Origin: Macrostomum lignano
Taxonomy: Eukaryota
DNA length: 64,000 bases
Reading direction: 5' to 3'
Assembly: GCA_002269645.1 (NCBI GenBank)
Contig: NIVC01000033.1
Coordinates: forward strand, 299,335 to 363,334
Part shown: one piece after another, positions 44,228 to 57,566 of the stretch
Position numbering within the stretch: the first letter of the stretch is position 1
Layout of the letters: the number at the start of each line of letters is the position of its first letter
Notes under the pieces: model-generated
What the model saw: only the letters and a program-made list of their open reading frames with translations
Database searches by the model: none
Told to the model about the DNA's origin: nothing
Made by a program: the position numbers and the translations under genes

Positions 44228-47200
44228 CAGCGAGGCCTTCTTCTTTACCGACTTCCGCCCGGTGGTTTGCGGAGCCGGCGGAGGCAGCGGCGGCGGCTGG
44301 TGCGAATGCTGGCTGTGCAGATTCTGATGCGGATTCTGGTGCAGCTGCTGATGCAGGGGCTGATGCGGCTGGTGCTGCTGCTGATGAGGCGGATGCGGAG
44401 GCTGATGCGTATGCTGGTGCTGCATTTGAGCATGCTGATGAGCATGCTGATGCTGGAGCTGCTGCTGGTGTATATGATGATGGTGATGGTGGTGCTGCTG
44501 CTGAGGCGTCATCATGTGATAGGGAATCTGGCCCGGGTGTTGGTGCTGGCTGTGCATAGGATGCTGAGGATGCTGCATCTGCTGATGAGGCACAGCTGGT
44601 AAGCCATTGGACATTTTCATCTTTTTGGGCTCATCCGGGACCAGGTCCTCCTCCGGCAGGTCGGGACTGCGCAGGTAATAGCGCTCGTCTCGGACTGGCC
44701 TGGCGCCGGCGCCGGCGCGGGTTAGGGGCGCCACCAGGTGCGCCAGCTCGTGCCGGCTGGGCGGCAGGTCGTAGCGCATGGCGGTGTACCAGGACAGCGA
44801 CAGTGGCTGGAAAGTCTTGACGCCTTCGATGAGCTCAAGAGGGCTCATGTGCTCGCGGCCGTGCAGAACGCAGCTGGCTGGGCGGCGAGCTGCGGATAAT
44901 TGATTTTGGATGGGGGGGGAACTGCCGATTTGAGCCTGCTGCTTGTGTCAGAGAGTGTCAGTTAATGTGTCAGTGAGTGGGTCAGCTGATGTGCCAATGT
45001 GTGGGTCAACTGATGGGTCAGTGAGTGCCAGTGAGTGGGTCAGCTGATGGTTCAGTGAGTGGTTCAGCTGATGTGTCAGTGAGTGGTTCAGCTGATGTGT
45101 CAGTGAGTGCGTCAGCTAATTAATTTGTCAATGATGTGTCATTGTGTCAGTTAATGTGTCAGCGGTTCTGTCAGTGCGTCAGGAAATGTGTCAGTAAGAG
45201 TACTTGCCGGTCAGTGTGTTAGTAGAGGAGACTGTCAGTCAGTGTGTCAGTAGAGGACATTGTCAGTCAGTGTGTGAGCGAATACAATCTCCCGGCCTCA
45301 CTCACCGATGCGGCACACGGGCACCTCAAAGGTGAGCCTGGGCGTGACGAACAGCGGTCTGAGCGGGGCCGGCAGCAGGTCGCTGTCTTTGAGCTCCTTG
45401 CGCAGCTTCTTCACCACGCCCAGCAGGTTCTTTCTCTCATCGTCCAGCGTCGGCTGCCGCTCCGGGTCGGAGCCGGGCGGCCCGGTGGCCACCGCGTGCA
45501 GCAGCGACACCAGCATGTCGATGACGCGGTGAAAGTCCTCCCGACTGCTGCCGATGTCCACCACCGAGTGGGTGACCAGCTTGGCTAGCAGCATGGACCA
45601 CTCCGCGCACAGGCTGGTGTTTTGCAGCAGGACGCCGAACAAGGAGCCGACAAGGGAGAGGCGCAGACGCAGAGCCTGGCAGTTAGTGAAGGGGAAACAG
45701 GACGGAAATCATGCACATGTGAACAAAGACTAGTGACATAGGTGTTACTCGAAGCAAATATAGACACAAAGACAGGGGTTTAGAGACATGCGTACAAAGC
45801 ATCGGAGTCCGGACACGCAGGACTAATGACAGACACGAGATATAAATCATATAATTGGACCAGATGACAGACATGTATGGGACAATATGAGCAGGGGACA
45901 AAAACATGGGATAATCCGGCCAGAGAACAAAGACACATGGCATAATACGTCCAGAGAACAAAATACACATGGGATATTACAGCCAGAGAATAAAGACATA
46001 TGCAATAATGAGCAGGGGACAAAGACATGGGATAATAGAGCCAGAGGACAGAGCCATGGGACAATGCGGTCAGAGGACAAAGACATATGGGATCATATGA
46101 GCAGAGAAAAAAGACACATGGGATTATACGGCCAGAGAACAAAGACACGTGGGATAATACGGCCAGAGAACAAATACACATGGGATAATACGGCCAGAGA
46201 ACAAAGACACATGGGATAATACGACCAGAGAACAAAGACACATGGGATCATACGACCAGAGAACAAAGACACATTATATCATACGGCCAGAGAAAAAAGA
46301 CACACGAGATCATACGGCCAGAGTACGCGTATTCAATAACGCTGCCGAAGCTCACCTGCCCGAGCAGACAGCGCACCCGCAGATCCTCTTCAATACCGGA
46401 GTCCAGCGCCTTCTCAGCGTGCTCAATGTACCTGTTAATCTGCTGGAACAGGCCGGACTGAGTGCCAGGGCTGAGGATGTCCAGCCGGACGGATTCCTCG
46501 GCCAGAGACTCCTGCAGCAGGCAGAGGAAGGGCGGATAGGCCAGCAGAACTGAGCTCCGCCTCAGCATGTCCTCGCGCTCGTGATCGGCCTTGGCGTTGC
46601 TGAAGCTGGCGCCGCAGTCCAGCAGAGAGCCGGCGGATTTCACAATCTGAGCTCGAATACTCGGGCCGAGACTGTGCGAGCTGAGCTTCCGGATTAGCAA
46701 GCTGACGAGCCAATCAGTCTCCACCGGCTCAATTAGCGGCAAGCCGGGCGGCGGCGGCGGCTGATGAAGCTGCTGGTGATGCTGGAGCTGGTAGGCCTGG
46801 CTGCCGCCGCTGGGCGTGGGCGTGGCCGCAGTCTCAGACTTGAGCACCGGGGCAACCCGATGGCTGAAGAACTCGCACAGTGAGTTGGCAAATTGGCGCT
46901 GAGTCGAGTCCAAATCGCCTGGGCCGGAGATGAGCCTGAGCAGGCTCAGCTCAACCTCAAGCAGGCTCCAGGTGAGGTACCAGAGCGACAGGCCTTTGAA
47001 CAGGTGGCTAAAGTTCTGAGTCTGGCGCCAGAAGTCGGAGAACGAAGCAACGGACGAGCCGGTCATCTCCGCTCGCTGCGGAGTCGGGCAGCGGTAGGCG
47101 ATGCTGTGCAGGATGAAGCGGGCCTGAGAGTCCGTGATGAAGGAGTCCAGCAGGGCCTCCTTGCTCAGTAGAGTCTCTGTGAACGGCTGGCGAAGGAATT

Positions 47201-50200
47201 TCTCCCTAATCCAGGCCGAGTCGGTGATCTCCTTGTACACTCGGGCGGCAAAATCGGCGAATCGCAACGAGCGAAGGTCGACGGGCGACTCGCGAGCGGC
47301 CTCGCGTTGAACGCATTCAAGCCAGGAATCACCTGGGATGAGCAGCAGCACCTGGGGCAGGATGGGTGGCGGCGGGGACCGGGTTGGCGATGGGTGATAG
47401 AAGTTTAGAGAGGTGGATATGGCTTTTACAGGAAGCGGATATGGGCTGTTAGAGGGGGCGGATACGGCTGTTACAGGGGCGGATTTGAGCTGTTAGAGGA
47501 AGCAGATATAGCTGTTACAGGGGCGGATATGGGCTGTTAGAGGGAGCGGATATGGCTGCTTTAGGGAGGGCGGGTATGGCTGTTAGAGGGGCGGATATGG
47601 CTGTCAGAGAGAGCGAATATGACTCTAAAAAGAGGCGGATATGGCTGTCAGAAGGGGCGGATATGACTCTAAAAGGAGGCGGATATGGCTGTCAGAAGGG
47701 GCGGATATGACTCTAAAAGGAGGCGGATATGGCTGTCAGAAGGGGTGGATATGACTCTAAAAAGAGGCGGATATGGCTGTCAGAAGGGGCGGATATGACT
47801 CTAAAAGGAGGCGGATATGGCTGTCAGAAGGGGCGGATATGACTCTAAAAAGAGGCGGATATGGCTGTCAGAAGGGGCGGATATGACTCTAAAAGGAGGC
47901 GGATATGGCTGTCAGAGGGGGCGGATATGACTCTAAAAGGAGGCGGATGTGGCTACGAGCAATTAAGACAAGTAGTGGAAAGGGGAAATAAGCCTCAGTA
48001 AAGAACCGCAGGGAAGCTGCCTCAGCATAAACCTACCTTCAGAAAGAAGCTGAGCGAATTGGAAGATATTTTATCCACAACGGCGCCACGCAGCAGCAGT
48101 TTGTCCGTTAACGACGTGAGCGGCAGCTTGAGCGTCACGATCAGGTAGAACACGTGGATGGCCAGCCTGGCGGAGGGCTCGGCGCTTTGATTCTTCAAAT
48201 AATCGCTGACCACGGGGAACAGCACGTTGGTGACAAAGTCGGCGATGGTGAAGCAGGTCCTGGACAGCAGCAGGCCGCACAGTACGGACAGCTTCTCGGC
48301 CAGATTCGGACAGTTGCAGACGAGATCGCGCAGCATCTGAGGCAGCACCGGTTCGAATTTGGCACTGCCTGAGGCTGAGTTGAGCAGAGCCCGAAGAATC
48401 CAAAGCCAACGAGGCGGCAGCTGAGCACAGAAGGTGGTGCACTCGCAGGCCTCCACGCAGGTCTTCAGGACCTGGGCGGGTTTGATGCGAAGTTCAAACA
48501 CAATGAATAGCTTGTGGGTTCAACAGGCAGTGAATGGATCCTGAAGCCGATGATGACCATGAAGAATCCTGTACAGAATCGCCACTATCAGATCCTGTAC
48601 AGAATCGCCCCTATCAGATCCTGTACAGAATCGCCACTATCAGATCCTGTACAGAATCGCCACTATCAGATCCTGTACAGAATCGCCACTATCAGATCCT
48701 GTACAGAATCGCCACTATCAGATCCTGTACAGAATCGCCACTATCAGATCCTGCACAGAATCGCCACTATCAGATCCTGTACAGAATCGCCCTTATCAGA
48801 TCCTATACAGAATTCCCCATAAGATCCTGTATAGAATGGCCCTATAAAATCCTGTACAGAATGGCCCCTAAAGATCCTGTAAAGAATGGCCCTATAAAAT
48901 CCTGTACAGAATGGCCCCCAAAGATCCTGTAAAGAATGTCCCTAAAGATCCTGCACAGAATCCCCCATAAGATCCTGTACAGACCCATAAAATCCTGTAC
49001 AGAATCCCCCGTTTTTTATTAGAGGCAGGGGGGTTGTGTGCACCCTGGCGCACTTTAAGCGACATAGGCGAGAGGCATTACTGCCCATTCCGCCAACTCC
49101 CCTTAGCAGGCGCGCGGATACGTACGCAGGCACACACTCACACAGGAGTGTACAGCGGCCCTAACTTTATATTATCGTTAGGCATGTACACTTCACTGCG
49201 CCTTGGGGGGTTGGCTCGCAAGGCCGTTAATTGCACCAGCAGAGCCAAGCCGAGATTCCAATTCAGCCCCAAATTAATGTGACTGCACTTGGAATCGAGC
49301 CTGGGTCGCTGGCACACCAGAGCAGCTGCGCTACCGCTGGGCTACGGCCCCCTTCAGAATCCCCCATAAAATCCTGTACAGAATTTCAGTACAGATTCTG
49401 TATAGAATTTCACTACAGATTCTGTACAGAATCCCCAAAAAAATCTTGTATTTAAAGATCCTGTACAGAATCGCCCATAAGATCCCACGGAACCGCCCAA
49501 GAGGCCAAGAAGAATCACCTTCTCATCCGTGTCGCACATGAGCACATTGTACAAATAATAAGAGAAGAAGTTGGTTCGCTTCTCCTCCTCAGACGAGTTG
49601 GCCCGTTTCCGTTCTTCCTCATCGTTGAGCAGAAGCTCCTCAATGCTGGGGTGAGTCAGGTTCATCAGAGTTGGAGGAAATTTTGCCTGCGGAATTTCGT
49701 AGGCCTCAATTTTCTTATAGATTGCCTGCTTGAGTTTCGGCCTAGCCCGGGAGAAGATGTTATGAAAGCCGGCCTTCACTGAGATGGACTGCGAGTACAG
49801 GTCGAACAGGTAGGCCAGGGTGCAACGGTCGGCACATGAGCACTGCTCAGGATTGCCAACTTTCTTGACATTAGTTCGGACCAAATTAGAGAACAGGGCT
49901 CGCATTTCAGCCGGCATGGTCATCAGGATCGCCTGGTACTGGCGGAGGTAGCCGAGGACCCGAAGCACCACTTTGTTGCTCCACATGCGCAGGAAATTGT
50001 TGCGCTGCTGCTCCTCCGGGGTGACCGGCATTGCGGCGCCCGCTGCCGCTGCCGAGCCCGGACAAACCTTGTTTTCCACTCTGCAATTGGCGGGGCAGTG
50101 AGATGCTTTGGGTGTGCTCAAGGGCGATGGTTTGGGTGTGCTCAAGGGCGATGTTTTGGGAATGCTCAAGGGCGATGCTTTGGGTGTGCTCAAGGGCGAT

Positions 50201-53200
50201 GATTTGGGAGTGCTCAATGGCGATGATTTGGGAGTGCTCAAGGGCGATGATTTGGGAGTGCTCAATGGCGATGATTTGGGAGTGCTCAAGGGCGATGATT
50301 TGGGAGTGCTCAATGGCGATGATTTGGGAGTGCTCAAGGGCGATGATTTGGGAGTGCTCAAGGGCGATGATTTGGGAGTGCTCAATGGCGATGCTTTGGG
50401 TGTGCTCAATGGCGATGATTTGGGAGTGCTCAAGGGCGATGATTTGGGAGTGCTGAATGGCGATGATTTGGGAGTACTGAATGGCGATGATTTTGGGAGT
50501 GCTGAATGGCGATGATTTGGGAGTGCTGAATGGCGATGATTTGGGACTGCTCAATGGCGATGCTTTGGGTGTGCTCAATGGCGATGATTTGGGAGTGCTC
50601 AATGGCGATGATTTGGGAGTGCTCAAGGGCGATGATTTGGGACTGCTCAATGGCGATGCTTTGGGTGTGCTCAATGGCGATGATTTGGGAGTGCTCAAGG
50701 GCGATGATTTGGGAGTGCTCAAGGGCGATGATTTGGGAGTGCTCAAGGGCAATGATTTGGGAGTGCTCAAGGGCGATAATTTGGGACTGCTCAATGGCGA
50801 TGATTTGGGAGTGCTCAAGGGCGATGATTTGGGAGTGCTCAAGGGCGATGATTTGGGAGTGCTCAAGGGCAATGATTTGGGAATGCTCGAGGGCGATGAT
50901 TTGGGACTGCTCAAGGGCGATGATTTGGGACTGCTCAATGGCGATGATTTGGGAGTGCTCAAGGGCGATGATTTGGGAGTGCTCAAGGATGATGCTTAAG
51001 GATCATAGGAAATTCAAGGAATCAAAGATCAAAGAAATTCTATTTAAAATCTCGCTAAAGCTCACAAAGGCGCAACACTTACTTTAAAATGCTATTCGAA
51101 ATCTCAACTAGAAAGTAGATCAGGCCGGTGAGATTGCCGGACAGCTCTACCAGAGTCACGAGGAACAGCATCCGGGATGGAGAAGGCAGGATATTGCAGC
51201 TGGGATCTTCGTAAAACTGGCGCAGCGATTCCATGAGGCTGCGCTTGCCCTAAAGAGATATGGGTTTGACTTTGAATCATTGTGTTCGTTGTGCCTGGCT
51301 TTGGCTATAAAAGCTCAGAAACTAAAGACCTGGGAGGCCGGCCCGGCAACTGAGGATCTGGGAGGCTGGCCCAGCAACTGAGGATCTGGGAGGCTGGCCC
51401 GGCAACTGAGGATCTGGGAGGCTGGCCCGGCAACTGAGGATCTGGGAGGCTGGCCCAGCAACTGAGGATCTGGGAGGCTGGCCCAGCAACTGAGGATCTG
51501 GGAGGCTGGCCCTGCAATTGACACTCTGGGAGGCTGGCCCAGCAACTGAGGATCTGGGAGGCTGGCCCTGCAATTGACACTCTGGGAGGCTGGCCCAGCA
51601 ACTGAGGATCTGGGAGGCCGGCCCGGCAACTGAGGATCTGGGAGGCCGGCCCGGCAACTGAGGATCTGGGAGACTGGCCCAGCAACTGAGGACCTGGGAG
51701 GCTGCCCTAGCACCTAAGGATCTGAAAAATTTGCGGTTATTTCCAGACTCACTTGAGCAGTAACCAGCTCCATCTCGCAGAATGTGAGCATAGAGAATCG
51801 GCGTTTAATATCGTTGAGCTCGGCGTCCTCGTCGGCGCTGCCAGCCCGGCGCTGCTTGGCGTACATGCCGGTGCTGGCGTCCATCAGGTTGTGCTTCTTG
51901 GTGAACAGCCGGCTGACCTCCCGCACCAGACGGCGCAGGAATCTCTTCAAAGCTTCCTCGCTTTTGCCCACTCCGTAGAGCATGTGGAGGCGCTGGCTGG
52001 CCTCGTGAGCGTAGGTGTCATCGGCGGGCAGGGGGAAGTGGGCCAGGTACTGGATGTGCTTGCTGGGCTGCTGAGCCAGGCCAGGCGGGCTGTACTCGGT
52101 CTCGGAGAAAACCAGCGGCGCCTTCTCCGAGCTCAGAATGTCGTGCGCGATCAGGTACCTGAATAGTGTGCGCAGGATATGCCCTAATGTAATTCAACTG
52201 TAGCAAGTCACCTGGTGTCACCTGTTGGAGGTCTTGTTGAAAGTCAGAGCTGATGCAGACACGTGTGGATGACATGCTGATGAAATTTCAGCTGAAGAAT
52301 TGAATACACTAGCGCTTATGGGGAATCCGACCTGCTGGTATAATTGTGTTGAATATCTCGAAAGTCCGGAGATACTCAAGATTTGACTCTTGTTTGAGAA
52401 GGCGAGCAACTAAAATTAGCCCGTGTTTTTGCATTTCGTATGGCTGAGTAGTTAAAGTACACCTACGAATCGTCATGTACACCCCTCACCTGGCATAGCT
52501 GTCGTGGTCGAAGATCTCCCTATCGATGAGCTCGCCAAAGAGGGCCACCAGATTCCGGAACGGCTCCTGGCAGTCGGGTCCGGAGTCGCGGTCCTGCCTA
52601 GGCGCCGAGTCGCTATTCAGAAAGCTGACCAGCTGATCGTGCAACCGGACCGGATCCACCCGGTTCAGCAAGCGCAGCTTCTCCATGAGCACCGCGGCAA
52701 CCACTGGCCGGTGGCAGCCGCCGCGGCTCGGGTGCACAGCCCACTGGCAGAGCAGATTGGCCACCCGAAGGTCGCTCTCCGGGTCCTCCCGATCGAAGCA
52801 CTTGGTGAAGAGGTTGTGCATGATGTCCTTGTCCTGCAGTGGCATCTCAGACTCGCCCTGCTGCAGCGCCTCCTGGGGAACAGATTGGAGGGTTGCTTGC
52901 TTGGGAAAAGGCGTGAAATTTGTCTGAAAAACAAAGCCCAAAATCTCATGTTACAGCCACCTAGTCTCATATTACAGCTGGCTAAAATCTCATATTACAG
53001 CAGCCCAAAATCTCATATTACAGCAGCCCAAAATCTCATGTTACAGCCACCTAGTCTCATATTACAGCTGGCTAAAATCTCATATTACAGCAGCCCAAAA
53101 TCTCATATTACAGCAGCCTAAAATCTCATATTACAGCTGCCCAAAATCTCATATTACAGCAGCCTAAAATCTCATATTACAGCTGCCAAAAATCTCATAT

Positions 53201-56200
53201 TACAGCAGCCCAAAATCTCAAATTACAGCAGCCCAAAATCTCATATCACAGCAGCCCAAAATCTCAAATTACAGCAGCCCAAAATATCATATTACAGCTG
53301 CCTAAAATCTCATATTACGGCTGCCAAAAATCTCATATTACAGCTGCCAAAAATCTCATATTACAGCTGCCAAAAATCTCACATTACAGCTGCCCAAAAT
53401 CTCATATTACAGCAGCCCAAAATCTCATATTACAGCAGCCTAAAATCTCATATCACGGCTGTCTCTGTCAGTATCTTTTATCCCTTGATCAGTAGAACAG
53501 TTAGAATCACCCCAATGACACTGGGATTCGGTACTCGCGGCTTGGCTCACTTTATTATCCTCAGACATATAGTCGTGCTTGTCCAGGTGCTCCAGCACTT
53601 CAATAAGCCGCAGAGTGTCCGGACTGTCAACCCGACGGGTCCAATGCTGCTCAGCCTCGGCGCTCCTGTTGATAATCTCTAGCATGAGCTGGCGCAGGGG
53701 GTCCAGCAGTTTCGGCGGCACTGGCAGGCACAGCAGGTTGCATGGCAGGCGGTCCAGGGGGCTTCCATACAGCGGCGACTCGCAGCTGACGGCGGCGGAC
53801 CAAACGGCGGACTCAGGGCAGCGCAGGATGGTGGTGACAATCAGGCTGGTGACTGACAGCAGGATCTGGTAGTGCTGCGGGCACTGCGACCGCTGGGCGA
53901 ACTGCAGGTCAACAACGCTGCTCAAGTCGCGAACAACGCTGCAGCAGACGCCGAGAAATCTGCGACTCTCCAGCTCGGAGGTGGAGAAGTGCTGCACCAC
54001 GGCCAGCAGGTGAGGCAGGAGGAACGCCAGCTGATTCTCTGAGCGGCGGCAGCGCTCAATGAACTCGGTGACCCAGCGGAGAATCTCCAGCTGCTCGAAC
54101 AGGCTCTGATCCAGCATGGCAACCAGCAGGTCCCAGACGTAGTTCCATTCGTCTTGCACATCCTCGTCTGCGCCATCGACCGCGGCCTCGAATGTGTCCT
54201 TTAGGTGCGTGCAGATGTCGTTCTTGACCTGTGTTTGGACGGCAAATAGGTCAATAGGTCAGTAGGTCTGCTTGGGTCAGCAATCACTGACACACTAAAT
54301 AGGTCAGTAGGTCTGCTTGGGTCAGCCGTCACTGACACACTAAATAGGTCAATAGGTCAATAGGTCTGCTTGGGTCAGCCGTCACTGACACACTAAATAG
54401 GTCAGTAGGTCTGCTTGGGTCAGCAATCACTGACACACTAAATAGGTCAACAGGTCTGCTTGGGTCAGCAATCACTGACACACTAAATAGGTCAGTAGGT
54501 CTGCTTGGGTCAGCAATCACTGACACACTAAATAGGTCAGTAGGTCTGCTTGGGTCAGCCGTCACTGACACACTAAATAGGTCAATAGGTCTGCTTGGGT
54601 CAGCAATCACTGACACACTAAATAGGTCAGTAGGTCTGCTTGGGTCAGCAATCACTGACACACTAAATAGGTCAACAGGTCTGCTTGGGTCAGCAATCAC
54701 TGACACACTAAATAGGTCAGTAGGTCTGCTTGGGTCAGCCGTCACTGACACACTAAATAGGTCAATAGGTCTGCTTGGGTCAGCAATCACTGACACACTA
54801 AATAGGTCAATAGGTCTGCTTGGGTCAGCAATCACTGACACACTAAATAGGTCAATAGGTCTGCTTGGGTCAGCCGTCACTGACACACTAAATAGGTCAA
54901 TAGATCTGCTTGGGTCAGCAATCACTGACACACTAAATAGGTCAATAGCTCTGCTTGGGTCAGCAATCACTGACACACTAAATAGGTCAATAGCTCTGCT
55001 TGGGTCAGCAATCACTGACACACTAAATAGGTCAATAGGTCTGCTTGGGTCAGCCGTCACTGACACACTAAATAGGTCAATAGGTCTGCTTGGGTCAGCA
55101 ATCACTGACACACTAAATAGGTCAATAGGTCTGCTTGGGTCAGCAATCACTGACACACTAAATAGGTCAATAGGTCTGCTTGGGTCAGCAGCCAGCAGGT
55201 TTACCTGAACCTCAGGCGCATCAAATGGTTTTTTCTTCTTAGACGATTCGGACAAGCTGCTGCTGAACTGCCACCAGACCTTCAGATACCAGATGGCCCG
55301 GTGCACGGGCAGACGGTTCTTGAACACCTCCTTGAGTATGTCCTCCTTCTTCACTGACAGGGGCACTTTAGCCGACAATTTAGTCAATTGTTCGCCAGAT
55401 TTGAAATCCTTAAACCACTCTTCAACTTTGCTGGCGGTCCGGCCGGCCATGGGCAGAGAGATGTCCTTGCTGATGGCGCCGCGCCTCTTGCTGGTGTCCG
55501 GCATCACATTAACGTCCACTTTGCGCTGTACAATCTTCTTAAATGCGCCCAGCACGTTTTCGCTGGAGCAATTGAAATCTTTGGCTATGGAAGAGTATTC
55601 TTCCAGTTTGGTGCTTTTGAATCGATTCTGCAGGATGTCTTTGAAGCCTTCGCGGACATTCACCTACAGGGATTAGTGATGCAGTAAATAAGGTACAAGA
55701 ATGCTCAAGAGTGAGTGTGTTGTAGGAGTGCTCAAGGGCGATGATTTGGGAGTGCTCAAGGGCGATGATTTGGGAGTGCTGAATGGCGATGATTTGGGAG
55801 TGCTCAAGGGCGATGATTTGGGAGTGCTCAAGGGCGATGATTTGGGAGTGCTGAATGGCGATGATTTGGGAGTGCCAAGAGGCCAAGAGGCCTCTTGAGG
55901 CCAAGAGCCAAGAGGCTTTCTCTCCAGCCGGGCCTTCTTCAGCGAGAGCGTCTCCAAGGAGGGAAACGATGGCATGCTCATTCACGGGCCGGTGAAATGC
56001 CTCAGTGGCCAATTAGCACTGGGAAATTGCAATATGAGTTAGCACTGGTGAGTAAAGAGCTCTGAGTGCTCTGGGCGATGCGTTGGGAGTGCTCAAGGGC
56101 GATGCTTTAGGAGTGCTCAAGGGCGATGCGTTGGGAGTGCTCAAGGGCGATGCTTTAGAATCATAGAATACAAAGACTGCTAAGCCATGAAATACCCGCA

Positions 56201-56503
56201 AACGGTGGTCACAGATGTACAGCCTAAGCTGCAGCCTTCAAAGGCTGTGTACCAGCTTGCACAATGCTGTCGCGGAGACACTGTGAGAGCTGCAGCTTCT
56301 AGCCTGTATTTATTGCAGCAAAGAATTATCAACTAGGACTCATCCCCTGCCAACAAGATAGATATTGAACCAACCTGATCCAGTTTATCCTCATCCTGAT
56401 TGGGCATCTGCGGATAAACCTCAGGCGGGCCAAGAGGCTTTCTCTCCAGCCGGGCCTTCTTCAGCGAGAGCGTCTCCAAGGAGGGAAACGATGGCATGCT
56501 CAT
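43574..56503 (-). CDS. MED12: Mediator of RNA polymerase II transcription subunit 12
   Basis: Exons 56375-56503, 55205-55663, 53551-54228, 52490-~52833, 51753-52158, 51083-51249, 49519-50080, 48037-48471, 46356-47351, 45306-45675, 43574-44889 = 5862 nt, in phase. Motifs LKKARL..LGPPEVYPQ, VNVREGF, LLCQWAV, HFPLP, LAYLFDLY, PFLCLL, LRLRLSLVG, SPLELIEG, and a Gln/His/Pro-rich tail. Confidence 0.93.
44950..45275. repeat. degenerate gtgtcagt low-complexity array in MED12 intron 10
   Basis: Repeated tgtgtcagtgagt / gtcagctgat units. Confidence 0.7.
45800..46320. repeat. ~31 bp imperfect minisatellite in MED12 intron 9
   Basis: ccagagaacaaagacacatgggataatacgg variants. Confidence 0.85.
47420..47950. 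repeat. 21/22 bp (43 bp dimer) minisatellite in MED12 intron 8
   Basis: ggcggatatggctgtcagaagg / ggcggatatgactctaaaagga. Confidence 0.9.
48555..49010. repeat. 26 bp minisatellite grading into 20 bp units, MED12 intron 7
   Basis: (cagaatcgccactatcagatcctgta)n. The array resumes at 49355-49500, after the SINE. Confidence 0.9.
49012..49352 (-). mobile_element. tRNA-derived SINE, copy 1
   Basis: Minus-strand head GGGGCCGTAGCCCAGCGGTAG...GGCTCGATTCC (A-box and B-box like) and a 3' AATAAAAAA tail. A close second copy lies at 57210-57566. Flanked by cagaatccccc on both sides. Confidence 0.8.
50095..50990. repeat. 24 bp minisatellite in MED12 intron 6
   Basis: (gggagtgctcaagggcgatgattt)n. Confidence 0.96.
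51328..51712. repeat. 28 bp minisatellite in MED12 intron 5
   Basis: (ggaggctggcccagcaactgaggatctg)n. Confidence 0.94.
52935..53452. repeat. 23 bp minisatellite in MED12 intron 3
   Basis: (cccaaaatctcatattacagcag)n. Confidence 0.94.
54245..55190. repeat. 45 bp minisatellite in MED12 intron 2
   Basis: (aataggtcaataggtctgcttgggtcagcaatcactgacacacta)n. Confidence 0.96.
55725..56160. repeat. 24 bp minisatellite (same family as intron 6) interrupted by an exon-1 duplicate
   Basis: gggagtgctcaagggcgatg units at 55725-55875 and 56068-56160. Confidence 0.9.
55907..56067 (-). pseudogene. 161 bp partial duplicate of MED12 exon 1 and its upstream region
   Basis: Matches 56429-56589 (offset 522) with one mismatch (aatatgag vs aatgtgag). 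It lacks the PPEVYPQ half of the exon and the donor site. Confidence 0.9.
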
Positions 56504-57209
56504 TCACGGGCCGGTGAAATGCCTCAGTGGCCAATTAGCACTGGGAAATTGCAATGTGAGTTAGCACTGGTGAGTAAAGAGCTCTGAGTATCCTGAGCAA
56601 GTTTCTATTGCCAACTAAGCAAAAGGTTACATGCAGTCTGGCCACCAGAAATATTATTTCATTATATACAAATTCTATTTTAATAGCCCCTTGACTTTTG
56701 AGTTTGCTTAATCGATTTTAAAAATGTCACTAACAGAATATTAACTTTGGATTAACAAACCTACCTTTAATTAAACTAAAATTGCTCTTTACCATAACAA
56801 ATATGAGCAAATTTCTTAAAAACATATATGGCTGAATTTGTCTGAAATTGCTATTGTAAGAATGGGTAAATACCATAGACAAGAGGATAATTTCTTTTTT
56901 AATTGATGCAACAAGTTCTAAATGCTATTGCTCATGAATGAAAGCACCAAAAAAGAAGAACTGCAAAAAACAAAATTATAAATGTTGACTATTAGCATGT
57001 GTAGTTGCTAGGATACAGGAATAGACAATTTTGCACAGTATTAGATAAAAAATTTTCCTTTTTGGGACACCCAGTATTTATGATATATGGATCAATGGTG
57101 CAATAAAAATGATAAAAAAATTAGTCACATTTTTTAAATACTAGATCATAGTAAAATACACTATATACAATATTATATAATATAAACTACAATACTACAT
57201 ACTAATATC

Positions 57210-57566
57210 TTTTTTATTAGAGGCAGGGGGTTGTATGCACCCTGGTGCACTTTAAGCGACATAGGCACACAACTAGCGAGAGGCATTACTGCCCATTCTG
57301 CCAACTCCCCTGAGCAGGCATACAAGCGCACAAATACATACGCAGGCACACACTCACACAGGAGTGTACAGCGGCCCTAACTTTATATTATCGTTAGGCA
57401 TGTAAACTTCACTGTGCCTTGGGGGTGGCTCTCAAGGCCGTTAATTGCACGAGCAGAGCCAAGCTGAGATTCCAATTCAGCCCCAAATTAATGTGACTGC
57501 ACTTGGAATCGAGCCTGGGTTGCTGGCACACCAGAGCAGCTGCGCTACCACTGGGCTACAGCCCCC
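57210..57566 (-). mobile_element. tRNA-derived SINE, copy 2
   Basis: Colinear with 49012-49352, with scattered substitutions and small extra segments. Confidence 0.8.

Noticed and set aside
39439-44602. Long plus-strand ORFs (e.g. 39439-40743, 44114-44602; also 9890-10609 and 36612-37745 elsewhere)
   Set aside because: Antisense shadows of GC3-rich coding exons or of repeats.
54329-55204. In-frame ADPSRPIDLFSVSVI repeat extension of MED12 exon 2
   Set aside because: Follows a GTAAAC donor; the intron length of 976 is not a multiple of 3 and the reading frame stops before the next exon.
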